Source of the DNA: Candidatus Latescibacterota bacterium | GTDB lineage: Bacteria; Latescibacterota; UBA2968; UBA8231 | Assembly (NCBI GenBank): GCA_965208105.1 | Contig: OZ242318.1 | Location: forward strand, 4,032,001-4,096,000 | DNA length: 64,000 nt | Direction of reading: 5' to 3' | Part shown: piece by piece, positions 18,790 through 29,200 of the stretch | How positions within the stretch are numbered: the first letter of the stretch is position 1 | Layout: every line of letters starts with the position of its first letter | The notes under the pieces: generated by a model | Told to the model about the DNA's origin: nothing | Databases searched by the model: none | Seen by the model: only the letters and a program-made list of their open reading frames with translations | Translations under genes and position numbers: made by a program

Positions 18790-18906
18790 ATGGAACCTGG
18801 CCTCAATGACGCCCAGGAAAAGAACGAACTCGAGCTTAGCCGGCAGGTGGAACTGCATGCCGGAGGGTTCCATCTGCCCGTGGATTTTCCAGTCCGGCGC
18901 CAGTGA
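18790..18906 (+). CDS. Possible 38-aa small protein between ilvC and leuA
   Basis: AAGGGGGTGAG SD-like sequence before the ATG; ORF fills the intergenic gap; no homology recognised. Confidence 0.3.
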   Translation: MEPGLNDAQEKNELELSRQVELHAGGFHLPVDFPVRRQ

Positions 18907-18917
18907 GAGAACGACCA

Positions 18918-20462
18918 ATGACTGCGACAACGGAGAAAGACAGGGTCATCATTTTCGACACCACCCTGCGCGATGCCGAGCAGACCCCGGGAGCTTCCTT
19001 GACGGTCAGGGAAAAGCTGGAAGTAGCCCAGCAACTGGCACGGCTGCAGGTCGATGTAATCGAAGCAGGATTCCCGGTGTCGTCCAACGAGGACTTCGAA
19101 GCAGTGCGCCGAATCGGCCAGGAGGTCGAAGGTCCGGTAATCTGCGGCCTTGCCCGCGCCGTGCCAAAGGATGTGGAGCGCGCCGGCGCCGCCCTCGGGG
19201 ACGCGCCAAGGCCCAGGATCCACACCTTTATCGGCACATCGGATATTCACCTGGCGGGGCAACTGCGCAAGGGCAGGGAAGAGGTGCTGAAGATGGCTGT
19301 GGCGGCTGTAGAGCAGGCCAGATCCTACTGCGGAGACGTTGAGTTTTCGCCCATGGACGCCGCCCGCACCGAGCCCGGATACCTCAACGAGATCATCGAG
19401 GCGACGATTGCCGCGGGAGCGATGACAATCAATATCCCGGATACGGTCGGCTATGCCGTTCCCGAGGAGTTCGGGGGTCTGATAGCCCAGATTCTCGCCC
19501 GCGTTCCCGACAGCAGCGAGGCCGTCATCAGCGTTCACTGCCACGACGATCTGGGCATGGCGGTCGTCAACACCCTGGCCGCCATCAAGAACGGGGCGCG
19601 TCAAGCCGAGTGCACCATCAACGGCCTCGGTGAGAGGGCGGGCAATGCGGCGCTCGAGGAAATCGTCATGGCCCTCAGGACGCGCCAGGATTACTTCGGT
19701 TTCGACACGGCCGTGATCACCGAGGAAATCGTACCCACCAGCCGGCTCGTGAGTCGCCTGATGGGGATCCCCGTGCAACCGAACAAGGCCATCGTCGGGA
19801 CCAACGCCTTTGCCCACAGCTCGGGAATCCACCAGGACGGGGTGCTCAAGGAGCGCAGTACCTTCGAGATCATGGAGCCGAAGGACGTTGGGCTGGAGGA
19901 CACCGAGATCGTGCTGACGGCGCGCTCGGGCCGCGCCGCCCTGCGCCATCGGCTGAAGGTTCTGGGTTACGAACTTGAGCAGGAGGAGCTGGACAGGGTC
20001 TACGATACCTTCCTGGCTCTGGCCGACAAGAAAAAGGAGATCTTCGACGAGGATCTGATCGAGATCGTCGGCGGCTCGGAGGAGGCAGCCGCTTACTTCG
20101 AGCTCCAGTATCTGCATTCGGTCAGCGGCACCGGCACGGTGCCCTCGGCAACGGTGCGCATGCGCATCGGGGAAGAGACGGTCCAGCAATCTTCCTGGGG
20201 AGACGGTCCGGTGGATGCGGCCTATGCCGCCATTGGCGTGGCCTGCGGCACCGATGCCCGCCTGGACGACTACGCCATCCGCGCCATCACCTCCGGCAGT
20301 CAGGCGCTGGGAGAGGTGACGGTTCACCTGTCGCAAAACGGGGAGAAGGCCAGGGGACGGGGTGTTTCAACCGATGTCATCGAGGCCAGCGCCAGAGCTT
20401 ACGTAGACGCGCTGAACCGCCTGGCCGCCAAGAGTACCAAGGAAGCACATCAGACCGTGTAG
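18918..20462 (+). CDS. leuA: 2-isopropylmalate synthase
   Basis: FDTTLRDAEQ, HCHDDLG, GERAGNA, HSSGIHQDG, regulatory domain GDGPVDA. Confidence 0.95.
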   Translation: MTATTEKDRVIIFDTTLRDAEQTPGASLTVREKLEVAQQLARLQVDVIEAGFPVSSNEDFEAVRRIGQEVEGPVICGLARAVPKDVERAGAALGDAPRPRIHTFIGTSDIHLAGQLRKGREEVLKMAVAAVEQARSYCGDVEFSPMDAARTEPGYLNEIIEATIAAGAMTINIPDTVGYAVPEEFGGLIAQILARVPDSSEAVISVHCHDDLGMAVVNTLAAIKNGARQAECTINGLGERAGNAALEEIVMALRTRQDYFGFDTAVITEEIVPTSRLVSRLMGIPVQPNKAIVGTNAFAHSSGIHQDGVLKERSTFEIMEPKDVGLEDTEIVLTARSGRAALRHRLKVLGYELEQEELDRVYDTFLALADKKKEIFDEDLIEIVGGSEEAAAYFELQYLHSVSGTGTVPSATVRMRIGEETVQQSSWGDGPVDAAYAAIGVACGTDARLDDYAIRAITSGSQALGEVTVHLSQNGEKARGRGVSTDVIEASARAYVDALNRLAAKSTKEAHQTV

Positions 20463-20474
20463 AGGAGATTGGAG

Positions 20475-21872
20475 ATGGGAAGAACCCTATTGCAGAAGGT
20501 CTGGGAGGCGCATACCGTGCGCCAGTTGCCCTCGGGGCAGACCCAGTTGTTCGTCGGCCTCCATCTGGTTCACGAGGTGACCAGTCCCCAGGCCTTTGAA
20601 ATGCTGCGGGATCGCGGCCTCACCGTGCGCTTTCCCGAGCGGACCTTCGCTACGGTGGATCACATCGTGCCCACAGACCTTACCCGCCGGCCATTTGACG
20701 ACGACCTGGCCGAGGAGATGATGGACGCGATAGAGAAAAACGCGGCCGAGTTCGAGGTCCCGCTCTTCAACGTCGGAGACCAGCGTCAGGGGGTGGTTCA
20801 CGTTATCGGTCCGGAGCTGGGACTGACACAGCCGGGGATGACCATTGCCTGCGGCGACAGCCACACTTCGACGCACGGAGCCTTCGGCGCGGTTGCATTC
20901 GGGATCGGCACCAGCCAGGTCCGCGACGTGCTCGCCACCCAGTGTCTGGCCATGGATCCCCTCAAGGTGCGGCGGATCGAGATCGGCGGCAACTTGAGCG
21001 CGGGGGTCTACGCCAAGGACGTCATCCTGCACATTATCGGGCGCCTGGGGGTGAAGGGGGGCGTGGGCTACGGCTACGAGTACGGCGGCCGGGTCATCGA
21101 GGCCCTGACCATGGAGGAGCGGATGACCGTGTGCAACATGTCCATCGAGGGCGGTGCCCGGGTCGGCTACGTGAATCCGGACCGGACGACCTTCGAATAC
21201 CTCAGGGGGCGTCCCCACTCGCCGAGGGAGTTCGAGGAGGCGGTAGCCTGGTGGAAAGGCATGGCCTCGGACCTGGACGCCGAGTACGACGACGTGGTGC
21301 GCCTGAAAGGGGAGGACATAGGCCCTACCGTCACCTGGGGGATCACCCCGGGCCAGTCGGTTGGCGTCGACCATGCCCTTCCCTCCCTCTCGGCCTTTAC
21401 CGAAGCCGATCGCTCCGGCGTCGAGGAGGCCCTGTCCTATATGGATTTCGAGCCCGGCCAGAAGATCGCCGGAACCAGGGTGGACGTCGCGTTCATCGGC
21501 TCGTGTACCAACGGCCGGCTCTCCGACCTGCGCGAGGCAGCCAGGGTCGTCCGAGGGCGCAAGGTCGCTCCCTGGGTCAGGGCTCTCGTGGTGCCCGGCT
21601 CACAGCAGGTACGGGCGGCCGCAGAGGCCGAAGGTCTGCACGAGCTCTTCTCGGAGGCGGGGTTCCAGTGGCGGGACGCCGGATGCTCGATGTGCCTGGC
21701 GATGAACCCAGACAAACTGCAGGGCCGCGAGCTCTGCGCCTCGTCGTCCAACCGCAACTTCAAGGGCCGCCAGGGCAGTCCAACCGGCCGCACCCTGCTG
21801 ATGAGTCCGGCGATGGTCGCCGCCGCGGCGGTGACCGGCGAGGTGGCGGACGTGCGCGAGCTGGTGGAGTAG
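20475..21872 (+). CDS. leuC: 3-isopropylmalate dehydratase large subunit
   Basis: [48 protein letters not shown]. Confidence 0.97.
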   Translation: MGRTLLQKVWEAHTVRQLPSGQTQLFVGLHLVHEVTSPQAFEMLRDRGLTVRFPERTFATVDHIVPTDLTRRPFDDDLAEEMMDAIEKNAAEFEVPLFNVGDQRQGVVHVIGPELGLTQPGMTIACGDSHTSTHGAFGAVAFGIGTSQVRDVLATQCLAMDPLKVRRIEIGGNLSAGVYAKDVILHIIGRLGVKGGVGYGYEYGGRVIEALTMEERMTVCNMSIEGGARVGYVNPDRTTFEYLRGRPHSPREFEEAVAWWKGMASDLDAEYDDVVRLKGEDIGPTVTWGITPGQSVGVDHALPSLSAFTEADRSGVEEALSYMDFEPGQKIAGTRVDVAFIGSCTNGRLSDLREAARVVRGRKVAPWVRALVVPGSQQVRAAAEAEGLHELFSEAGFQWRDAGCSMCLAMNPDKLQGRELCASSSNRNFKGRQGSPTGRTLLMSPAMVAAAAVTGEVADVRELVE

Positions 21873-21954
21873 AGGGCGGTCGCCTGGCTTCGTTCGCAGC
21901 GGGCCGTCAGGAAAGCGCCGGTCAGCAAGACCAGACAACGGCCAGTGAATAGCA

Positions 21955-22989
21955 ATGCACCACGTCGATGAATTGCCTGCCTTTCCCGAGGGGTGGTATT
22001 TCGTAGCCACCCGGGAGAACATCCTCCGAGAGAAACTGATCGGGAAGAGATGGCTGGGTGAGGAAATCGTCGCCTGGTGCGACGAGGCGGGCCGCGTCTG
22101 CGTGGCGGACGCGGTATGTCCGCACCTGGGCTCCTACCTGGGGCCGGAGGTGGGCGGCCAGGTATGCGAGGGTCGCCTGGTCTGTCCGTTCCACGGGTTC
22201 GAGTTCGATACGACCGGCCAATGCGTCGCGACTCCGAATGCACCGGCGCCCAGAGCCGCTAAACTGAAGGTATACGAGACCAGGGTTATCCTGGGCCTGG
22301 TCTTCGCCTGGTTCGGGAGCGGAGGCCGGCCCCCACATTGGGAGCTTCCAGGCGCCCCGCCCACCGGCGAGGAGTGGGGCGGGATGGGATACCGGACCCT
22401 GCGGTTCCGCGGCCATCCCCAGGAAACAGCAGAGAATTCGGTGGACCTGGGACACCTGCGCTACGTACACGGCTACGACAATGTGAACCCGGTGGGCTCG
22501 GTAACGGTGGAAGGTGCCTACCTGAGGAGTTGCTTCGACTTCAAACGCGTTCGCAGGATCCTGGGTGTAAAGGACCTCGTGTACGAAATTTCGGCCGTGA
22601 CCCACGTCCATGGACTGGGCTACTCTTTCGTCGAAATCCACGAGAAGACCATCGGTATGAATGCCAGGCTGTGGGTGCTTCCCACACCGGTTGACGGCAC
22701 CCTCCTCGACTTTGTCCTGGTAAGCCAGATGCGGGAAATCCCCAGGCCCCGCAGGTTCATCACGGGTCTGGGGTTCGTTCCCGGGAAGCTGCGCCAGAAA
22801 TTGATGAATCACATTATGCTTTCACAGCAAAAGCGGGATGTGCTGCAGGATGTGGTGATCTGGGAACGGAAGCGGTATCGGACTCCCCCCCGGCTGTGTG
22901 CGGCCGACGGCCCCATAGGGAAGTACCGCCGCTATTGCCGGCAGTTCTATTCCGAACGCTCCGAAGACCCGCCGGAGGCAGCCGACTAG
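21955..22989 (+). CDS. Rieske oxygenase, Neverland/DAF-36 (sterol 7-desaturase) or KshA-like
   Basis: FPEGWY, Rieske CPH...CPFH, non-heme iron ENSVDLGH...H, C-terminal D..IW..K.Y..PP.L...DGPI..YRR...QFY. Confidence 0.85.
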   Translation: MHHVDELPAFPEGWYFVATRENILREKLIGKRWLGEEIVAWCDEAGRVCVADAVCPHLGSYLGPEVGGQVCEGRLVCPFHGFEFDTTGQCVATPNAPAPRAAKLKVYETRVILGLVFAWFGSGGRPPHWELPGAPPTGEEWGGMGYRTLRFRGHPQETAENSVDLGHLRYVHGYDNVNPVGSVTVEGAYLRSCFDFKRVRRILGVKDLVYEISAVTHVHGLGYSFVEIHEKTIGMNARLWVLPTPVDGTLLDFVLVSQMREIPRPRRFITGLGFVPGKLRQKLMNHIMLSQQKRDVLQDVVIWERKRYRTPPRLCAADGPIGKYRRYCRQFYSERSEDPPEAAD

Positions 22990-23081
22990 GCCGCAGACGG
23001 GAAGGCCGGGAGGAAAGCCGCGGCAAATCGCCATTATCGGCGGGGGCGTATCAGGGCTTGGGCCGCGTGAGCCCCGAACCA

Positions 23082-24125
23082 TCACCCGGCCTGAAGAGGC
23101 TTACGAGCCAGGAAACAGTACAGCGGCGTAAAGATACCCGCCTTGCCACCCGCGATATAAGCCTCCGCGGTCCGGTCCAGGAGTCGGACGACTTCCGCGG
23201 AGCCCTTCGGAAAGAGCCGCAGTACTTCAGCCAGCTTCAATCCTGCGATGACCGCTTTACGGCCCCACGGAAGCCTGTGCAAGGCGTTCCCAACCGTCCC
23301 ATGGCGACTCTCCATGGGTTGATACCAAGGTGTGGAGGGTCCTTCCTGGATGTCCCGGTCCATCCCTTCCATGACTTGGAATCCCGCGGCTTCGAGCGCG
23401 TGATTCACTTCCCCGAAGGTGGCGATTTCCTTCAGCGCAATGCCGTGCATGAGATCCTCCTCGATGGCCCGGTGCCGGTCGTCCTTCGGATCGAACTTGC
23501 CCGTCAGACACATTTCCTGCCCCCAGAACAGGGCACCGGGTTTCAGCACGCGGAATATCTCCTCGAAGGCGCGTTGCTTGTCCGGCGCATGGCACGTTGA
23601 CTCTATGGCATAACCCCCATCGAAAGTGTCGTCCTCGATGGCGCTCATGTCCATGAAGCTGCACCTCTCGAAATCGACCATGTGATCAAGCCCCGCCTCG
23701 GCGTTCAACCTTTTCGCCTCTTCCAACTGGATCTCATTGATGTTGATTCCCACGACCCTGACACCGGCCTCACGGACGACGCGGCGCATGGGGGCTCCGA
23801 CTCCACAACCAACGTCGACCACCGTCATACCCTGTTGCAGCTCCAACTTGGAAATCATCACCCGCTGATGCCGGACCTTGGACTCCTCCAGACTCTCATG
23901 AGGCGTGAGGGGCGCGAAGTGCAGGGACTGGCCCCAGCCCCACACCATGAACTTGCTGCAAAGGTCGTAATAGTCTTTCACTGTTTCCGAGTGATCGTAC
24001 CCGCCCGCGCCACCGGGCTCCAGCGCCGCCCGGTCGAGCCAGCCGTCGAAGTGCTGCACTCGACGTGCAACGCCCGATGCCCGGTACGCATCTCTCAGCT
24101 CTCTCGACAGTTTGCCCAGCCGCAT
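23082..24125 (-). CDS. Sterol 24-C-methyltransferase-like SAM-dependent methyltransferase (ERG6/SMT family)
   Basis: YYD...WGWGQSLHF, VDVGCGVGAP, YAIESTCHAP, LKPG, PWY, GG.AGIFTPLY..ARKP. Confidence 0.88.
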   Translation of the reverse strand: MRLGKLSRELRDAYRASGVARRVQHFDGWLDRAALEPGGAGGYDHSETVKDYYDLCSKFMVWGWGQSLHFAPLTPHESLEESKVRHQRVMISKLELQQGMTVVDVGCGVGAPMRRVVREAGVRVVGININEIQLEEAKRLNAEAGLDHMVDFERCSFMDMSAIEDDTFDGGYAIESTCHAPDKQRAFEEIFRVLKPGALFWGQEMCLTGKFDPKDDRHRAIEEDLMHGIALKEIATFGEVNHALEAAGFQVMEGMDRDIQEGPSTPWYQPMESRHGTVGNALHRLPWGRKAVIAGLKLAEVLRLFPKGSAEVVRLLDRTAEAYIAGGKAGIFTPLYCFLARKPLQAG

Positions 24126-24165
24126 TTCGTGGTGTTTCCCCCTGGCTCCACGGGGAGCCAAGTCG

Positions 24166-26199
24166 TCAGGCGGACAGCTCCCGCCGCTGCTCGGTGATGC
24201 GGAACTTCAGCTTCTTGCTCGGTTTCAGCGACGGAAACGGACTGAAACGGAGCTTGTGCTTGTACTTCGCCGGCGACACCTCAATCGTGAAGTAGTGCGC
24301 CAGCATCAGCAAGTTGGCCGCCAGGTGCAGCTCCATCCACCGGGTGCCGAGGCACTTGTGCGTGCCCAGCCCGTACGGGGCGTACCCGGGGTTGCGATGC
24401 TCATGGCGCGGCGGCAGGTAGCGGTCGATGTCGAACTTGTAGGGGTCGGGAAAGACCTCGCTCATGTAATGCGTTGCGGTCATGGCGATGTGGATCCGTT
24501 CCCCCATGGGCAGCTCGCAATTCTCGACCACGCAGGTATTCATCACGTTCCGAATGGAAAGGGAGACGATCGGGTACAGGCGCATGCACTCCATGAGGAA
24601 GCGGTGCGTCACGTCGATGTTGGCGGGGGTGAAGTCCTCTCTCTCGGGGTCGCCCTTGGCGAACAGGGCATCTGCTTCGGCCTGGATCCTGGCGTAGAGG
24701 TCGGGCTGCGACGCCATGGCGTAGATTACGAGGCTGAACATATCGCCGAGGTACACGCTGGCAATCAAGGCCGCGGAGAAGGCGAAGCGCAGGTTGGACT
24801 CCGGGAGAAACTGCGGGTCGCTCGCGTGCAGGCTGAGGTAATCGTCCACCAGGTCCCGCGGGCTGTCCGCCCGTTGGGCGGGGGTATGGACGCCCTGGAC
24901 CCGCTGCATCAGCGTGTCCAGGGCTTTCGCCCGGCGTCTCATGCCCGGGGTGTTCAGCGTGAATCTGGGCAGGAGCCTGGCCACGTGCACGCTGAGGGCC
25001 CGCAATTTGTAGGCCATCAGGTCGTCCATGAGGTCCTGGGTATCGACGCCGATGAACAGTGGCGAGAGCTGGGCGTTCACCATCGCCCTGCACATGGACG
25101 TGGCGCGGTAGGAGTCCCCGACCGTCAGGCTCGCAAGGTACTCGCGCCCCAGATTGTAGAGCTGGTCCAGCTGCCCTCCCAGCCTCCCGCCGGAATAGGC
25201 CGGCGACAGGGACTTGCGAAGCCGGAAGTGATCGGCGCCGTCCAGGGCGGGCAGGACGCCGGAGGCGCCGTAGACCTTCTCGAAGTCGCTGAAATAGTCC
25301 CTGGCTCTCAGGTACATGCGCCCGCGCTTGTGCACCCAGCGGTTCGCTTCGGGTCCGGCCAGGAAAACCATGGGTTTGGAGAAAGGAGGGCGGATCTGGA
25401 ACACCGGGCCGTACTCCTCCGCAAGGTTCCCGAAGAGCGCGTTCAGGTTGCCGTCTCGAACATGCGGGTTCAGCAGCAGCCTGGACAGCGAAACCGTCGG
25501 AATCTTCCTGGCAAGGGCAGGGCGTTGAAGGGCCGGGCCGGCGAGGTTCTGAGAGACCGCAGCGGCCAGGGAGCGGCCGATCAGGTCCATCCTGCAGATG
25601 AACTCGATGCGCTCCTCCGCCTCGTCGTCGAGCTGGAATATGAAACGGAATACGTCGCAGGTATTGACGAGGCAGATGATGATGACATCTCTCGGATCGG
25701 GAATCTCGTCGGTGAAGATGACCCTGCTGATACGGGTCCTTATGAACTGGCCCTCAGTGCCCTCCTCCGACGTTCCGGACAGTTCCCCATGCCGGACGGC
25801 AGGAGCCAGTGTCCAGAATTCGCCGTCGTGGTATTCCAGGATGTTCAGGCCAACCAGGCGGTCCAGAACCGAATCGATGATCGACTCCGCACGGGGAGCG
25901 AGCCGTTCGATCCAGTACTGGGCGTTGTGTTGCCTTGGTGCGTCCGCGATTTCCTTGAGGATGGGGTCCAGGGCGGGGTTGCCGGTTTCTGTCGCGTCCA
26001 CGAGGAACAGGGACTCCATGTCCGTGTCGATGCGGGATCTGAGCGAAAGCTCCGCGAGCACGGCGCCGGCCACGGCGCAGTTCAGGTGCCAGCCGGGTAC
26101 CTGGTGAAAGTAGCCGGTCTCCTCGTTGAGGAGCATCAGGATGAGTTCTTGAGTCAAAGTCAGCGGTTGGGTCGTCAAATCCTCGGTAGTATCAGCCAT
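24166..26199 (-). CDS. GPP34/GOLPH3-family domain fused to cytochrome P450
   Basis: N-terminal LTL.QEL.L.LL....G...AGAVLAELSL..RID...D.T.TG.P.LD; C-terminal ECMR (ExxR), FDIDRY and heme motif YGLGTHKCLG. ATG 26199 has a GGAGG SD. Confidence 0.85.
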   Translation of the reverse strand: MADTTEDLTTQPLTLTQELILMLLNEETGYFHQVPGWHLNCAVAGAVLAELSLRSRIDTDMESLFLVDATETGNPALDPILKEIADAPRQHNAQYWIERLAPRAESIIDSVLDRLVGLNILEYHDGEFWTLAPAVRHGELSGTSEEGTEGQFIRTRISRVIFTDEIPDPRDVIIICLVNTCDVFRFIFQLDDEAEERIEFICRMDLIGRSLAAAVSQNLAGPALQRPALARKIPTVSLSRLLLNPHVRDGNLNALFGNLAEEYGPVFQIRPPFSKPMVFLAGPEANRWVHKRGRMYLRARDYFSDFEKVYGASGVLPALDGADHFRLRKSLSPAYSGGRLGGQLDQLYNLGREYLASLTVGDSYRATSMCRAMVNAQLSPLFIGVDTQDLMDDLMAYKLRALSVHVARLLPRFTLNTPGMRRRAKALDTLMQRVQGVHTPAQRADSPRDLVDDYLSLHASDPQFLPESNLRFAFSAALIASVYLGDMFSLVIYAMASQPDLYARIQAEADALFAKGDPEREDFTPANIDVTHRFLMECMRLYPIVSLSIRNVMNTCVVENCELPMGERIHIAMTATHYMSEVFPDPYKFDIDRYLPPRHEHRNPGYAPYGLGTHKCLGTRWMELHLAANLLMLAHYFTIEVSPAKYKHKLRFSPFPSLKPSKKLKFRITEQRRELSA

Positions 26200-26230
26200 C
26201 GGTTTCTGCCTCCCTGCATCATGAAGTGCA

Positions 26231-29200
26231 TTACGCGGTACCGGCGCCGGAACGGCGCCGCGAAGCAATCAGACGCAGATGGATGGTGTAAAGCGCGGGA
26301 ACGACCATCATAAGTATAGCCGTGGTAATGAGAATGCCGCAACCGAGCGAGGCGGCGAAGGGGATCAGGAACTGGGCCTGGATGGCGCGTTCCAGAATAA
26401 GGGGCGTGAAGCCGAGGAACGTGGTCAGGGAAGTGAGCATGATCGGACGAAAGCGCCCCTTGGCGCCCTCCACGATCGCCTTCCTTGCCGAGGCGCCTTC
26501 CCCGATTTTCTGATCGATGAAATCGATCATGACCAGGGAATCGTTCACGACCACCCCACTCAGGCCGAAGATACCCATGAAGGATACGGCACTCAGGGCT
26601 ACTCCCAGGACCCAGTGACCCAGGATCACTCCGATGAACCCGAAGGGGATGACGGCCATGATGATGAACGGCTTGGTATAGGATCGGAGGGGGATGGCCA
26701 GAAGGGCAAAGATCATGATCAGGGCAATCGCGAACCCGCGGTACAGCGCATCCAGGGATTCGAGCTGCTGCTGTTGTTCCCCTCCGAAGCTGTATGTCAG
26801 GTCCGGGTGCAGGGCGGTCAGATCCGCGAGGATCGAATTGGCCAGGATGTCGTTGGCTGCGTCGCCTGAAATCACCGAAGCATCCACGTCCGCAGTGACC
26901 GTGACGACGCGCTGGCCGTCCTTGCGTCGAATGGCCGGCGGCGACACTCCCGGGTTCAGGGAGGCCACACTCATGACCGGGACCTCGGCCCCGCCCGGCG
27001 TGCGGACCAGATAGCTTTCGACATCGGTGATCGAATCCCGCTCGTCTTCGGGCAGGCGCACGTAGACCCGGACCTCTTCCCGGCCGCGCTGCACCCGAAC
27101 GGCCTCTGCGCCGAAGAACGCCGCCCGCGCCTGCCCCGCCAGCTCCTCGAGCGTCAGGCCGAGGGTTCGCGCTTCCGGCCGCAGCTCCAGTTGCACCTCC
27201 GGGATGCCCGGGGCGTGGTCCGAACGTATGTCGTAGACGCCTCCCACCCCGCGGAGTCCATCGACCACGGAGTCTGCAATCCGGGCAAGGCGCTCCGGGT
27301 CCGGATGCGACAACACGGCCTCCACCGGGTTGCCCAGGTCGAAGACCTCGCCGCTGAATGTGATGCCGCGTACGTAGGGCAGCACGCCCACTTCCTCCCG
27401 CCATGCCTGCACGACCTCTCCGGTGGAGATTTCTCTCTGTTGGGCGCCCAGAAGTTTGAACTCGATGGTGGCGATGTTGGCTTGCGGATTGAGGGTCGGC
27501 TCCGGATTGAGCCCGCCCTCGAGTCTCGATCCCTGTCCGACGGTCACCGTTACGCCGGTCAGCAGCGGTGGCGCGTCCCCGGGCCGGCCGCGCGAGAGTC
27601 GTTCGATGACCCGGTGGCCTGCGGCCTCCAGTTCCTGCGCCACCTCGTACGTCCTCGGAGCGGTCGCCCCGTCGGGCATCTCCAGGACGACCGTCGCGAT
27701 ATCCCCCTCCACGTCAGCGGCCAGCGTGGTAGGAACGATCCCCGCGGGCAACAGGGAGATGCTCAGCACGAGCATTCCCACGGCCGCCGCCATGGTCACC
27801 CCGGGCTGGTCGGTGGCGAACCGCAGGGCGCGGTCCAGAGGCCCTTGCACGAACCTGTTCAGCAGCGCGTCAACGCGCCCCTGGAGCCGCGCGAAGAACC
27901 GGTCGAAGGCATTGGCCGGCACCCACTCCGGGCCGTGCAGGTGGGAAAGGTGGTTGGGCAGCACCAGCAGCGATTCGACCAGGGAAACCAGCAGCATGGC
28001 GATCATGATGATCGGCAGGGCCCGCCATACGTCACCGACGCCACCCGGGATGAACAGCAACGGGACGAAGGCCACTACCGACGTGAGGACTGCGAACGTC
28101 AACGGCACCTTGATCCGCCGCACGCCGCGGATCGCGGCCGTGACCCCTGGTGTTCCCCGCTTGCGTTCGTATCGAATGTGCTCGGCCACGACGATGGCGT
28201 CGTCGACGACGATCCCTATGGCGAGGACGAAGGAGAACAGGCTGATGGTGTTGATCGCCACGTCGAATGCCATCATGATGGCGAGGGCGCCGATACCCGA
28301 AACGGCGAGGCCCACGGCGACCCAGAGCGCGAGTCTTATTTCAAGGAACAGGCTGAGTGCGATCAGCACCAGCAACAGGCCCAGGATCCCGTTCTTGAGG
28401 AGAAGATCGGCGCGTTCCTCATAGACCTGGGATTCGTCGTTCCACATGGTGACGCCCACGCCGTCCGGCAGGGCCGGGATCACCTCCTCCGCCAGGTGCT
28501 CGCGGACGGTGGTGGCCACGTCCATCACCTGCTCGCCTTCGGCCCGGTAGACCTCGACGAAGACGGCGGGATGGTTCTGATGCCGGACGATCAGGTCGGC
28601 TTCCTGGAAACCGTCGCGGACCTCGGCGATATCTCCAAGGCGCAGGACCGTGCCGTCACGGCCGCTGAGAAGGACGATCTCCTCGAAGTCCTGCTGGTCG
28701 TAGTTCTGGCCGAGGGTGCGGACCCTCACCTGGGATTCCCGGGTATCGATGCTGCCAGCGGACAGTTCCAGGGAACTCCGGCGAATCGTGTGGGCGATGT
28801 CGGTGAGCGTGAGTCCGAGGGCTCTCAGCCGGTGCAGGGGAACCTCGATGGAGATCTCGTATCTCCGGACACCGCTGACCTCGACCTGGGAGACGGAGGG
28901 AAGCGTGGTGAGGTCGTCCTCGATCTGGTAGGCCAGTTCCTTCAGCGCGCGCTCGGAGACGTCGCCGTAAACGATGAGCCGCATCATGCTCTGGCGGTTG
29001 GTCATCTCCCGGAACCGCGGACGTTCGGCGCCGGCCGGGAAGAACTGTATGCGATTGACAGCAGATTCGATATCATCCAGCGCCCGTGCCATGTCCGTAT
29101 CGAAATCCATTTGAACCCGCACGGAGGCCATGCCCGGGGCTGCTACGGACTTGACAGCCTTCACGTCATCCAGCCCGCTGACCTGGTCCTCGATCTTGAC

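Noticed and set aside
18561-20336. 591-aa minus-strand ORF; similar ones at 54847-56595 and 56595-58061
   Set aside because: Antisense to leuA, cimA and argJ.
21873-21954. Direct repeats or att sites at the leuC and leuD junctions
   Set aside because: No shared sequence found by eye between 21873-21954 and 53120-53305, and no recombinase gene nearby.
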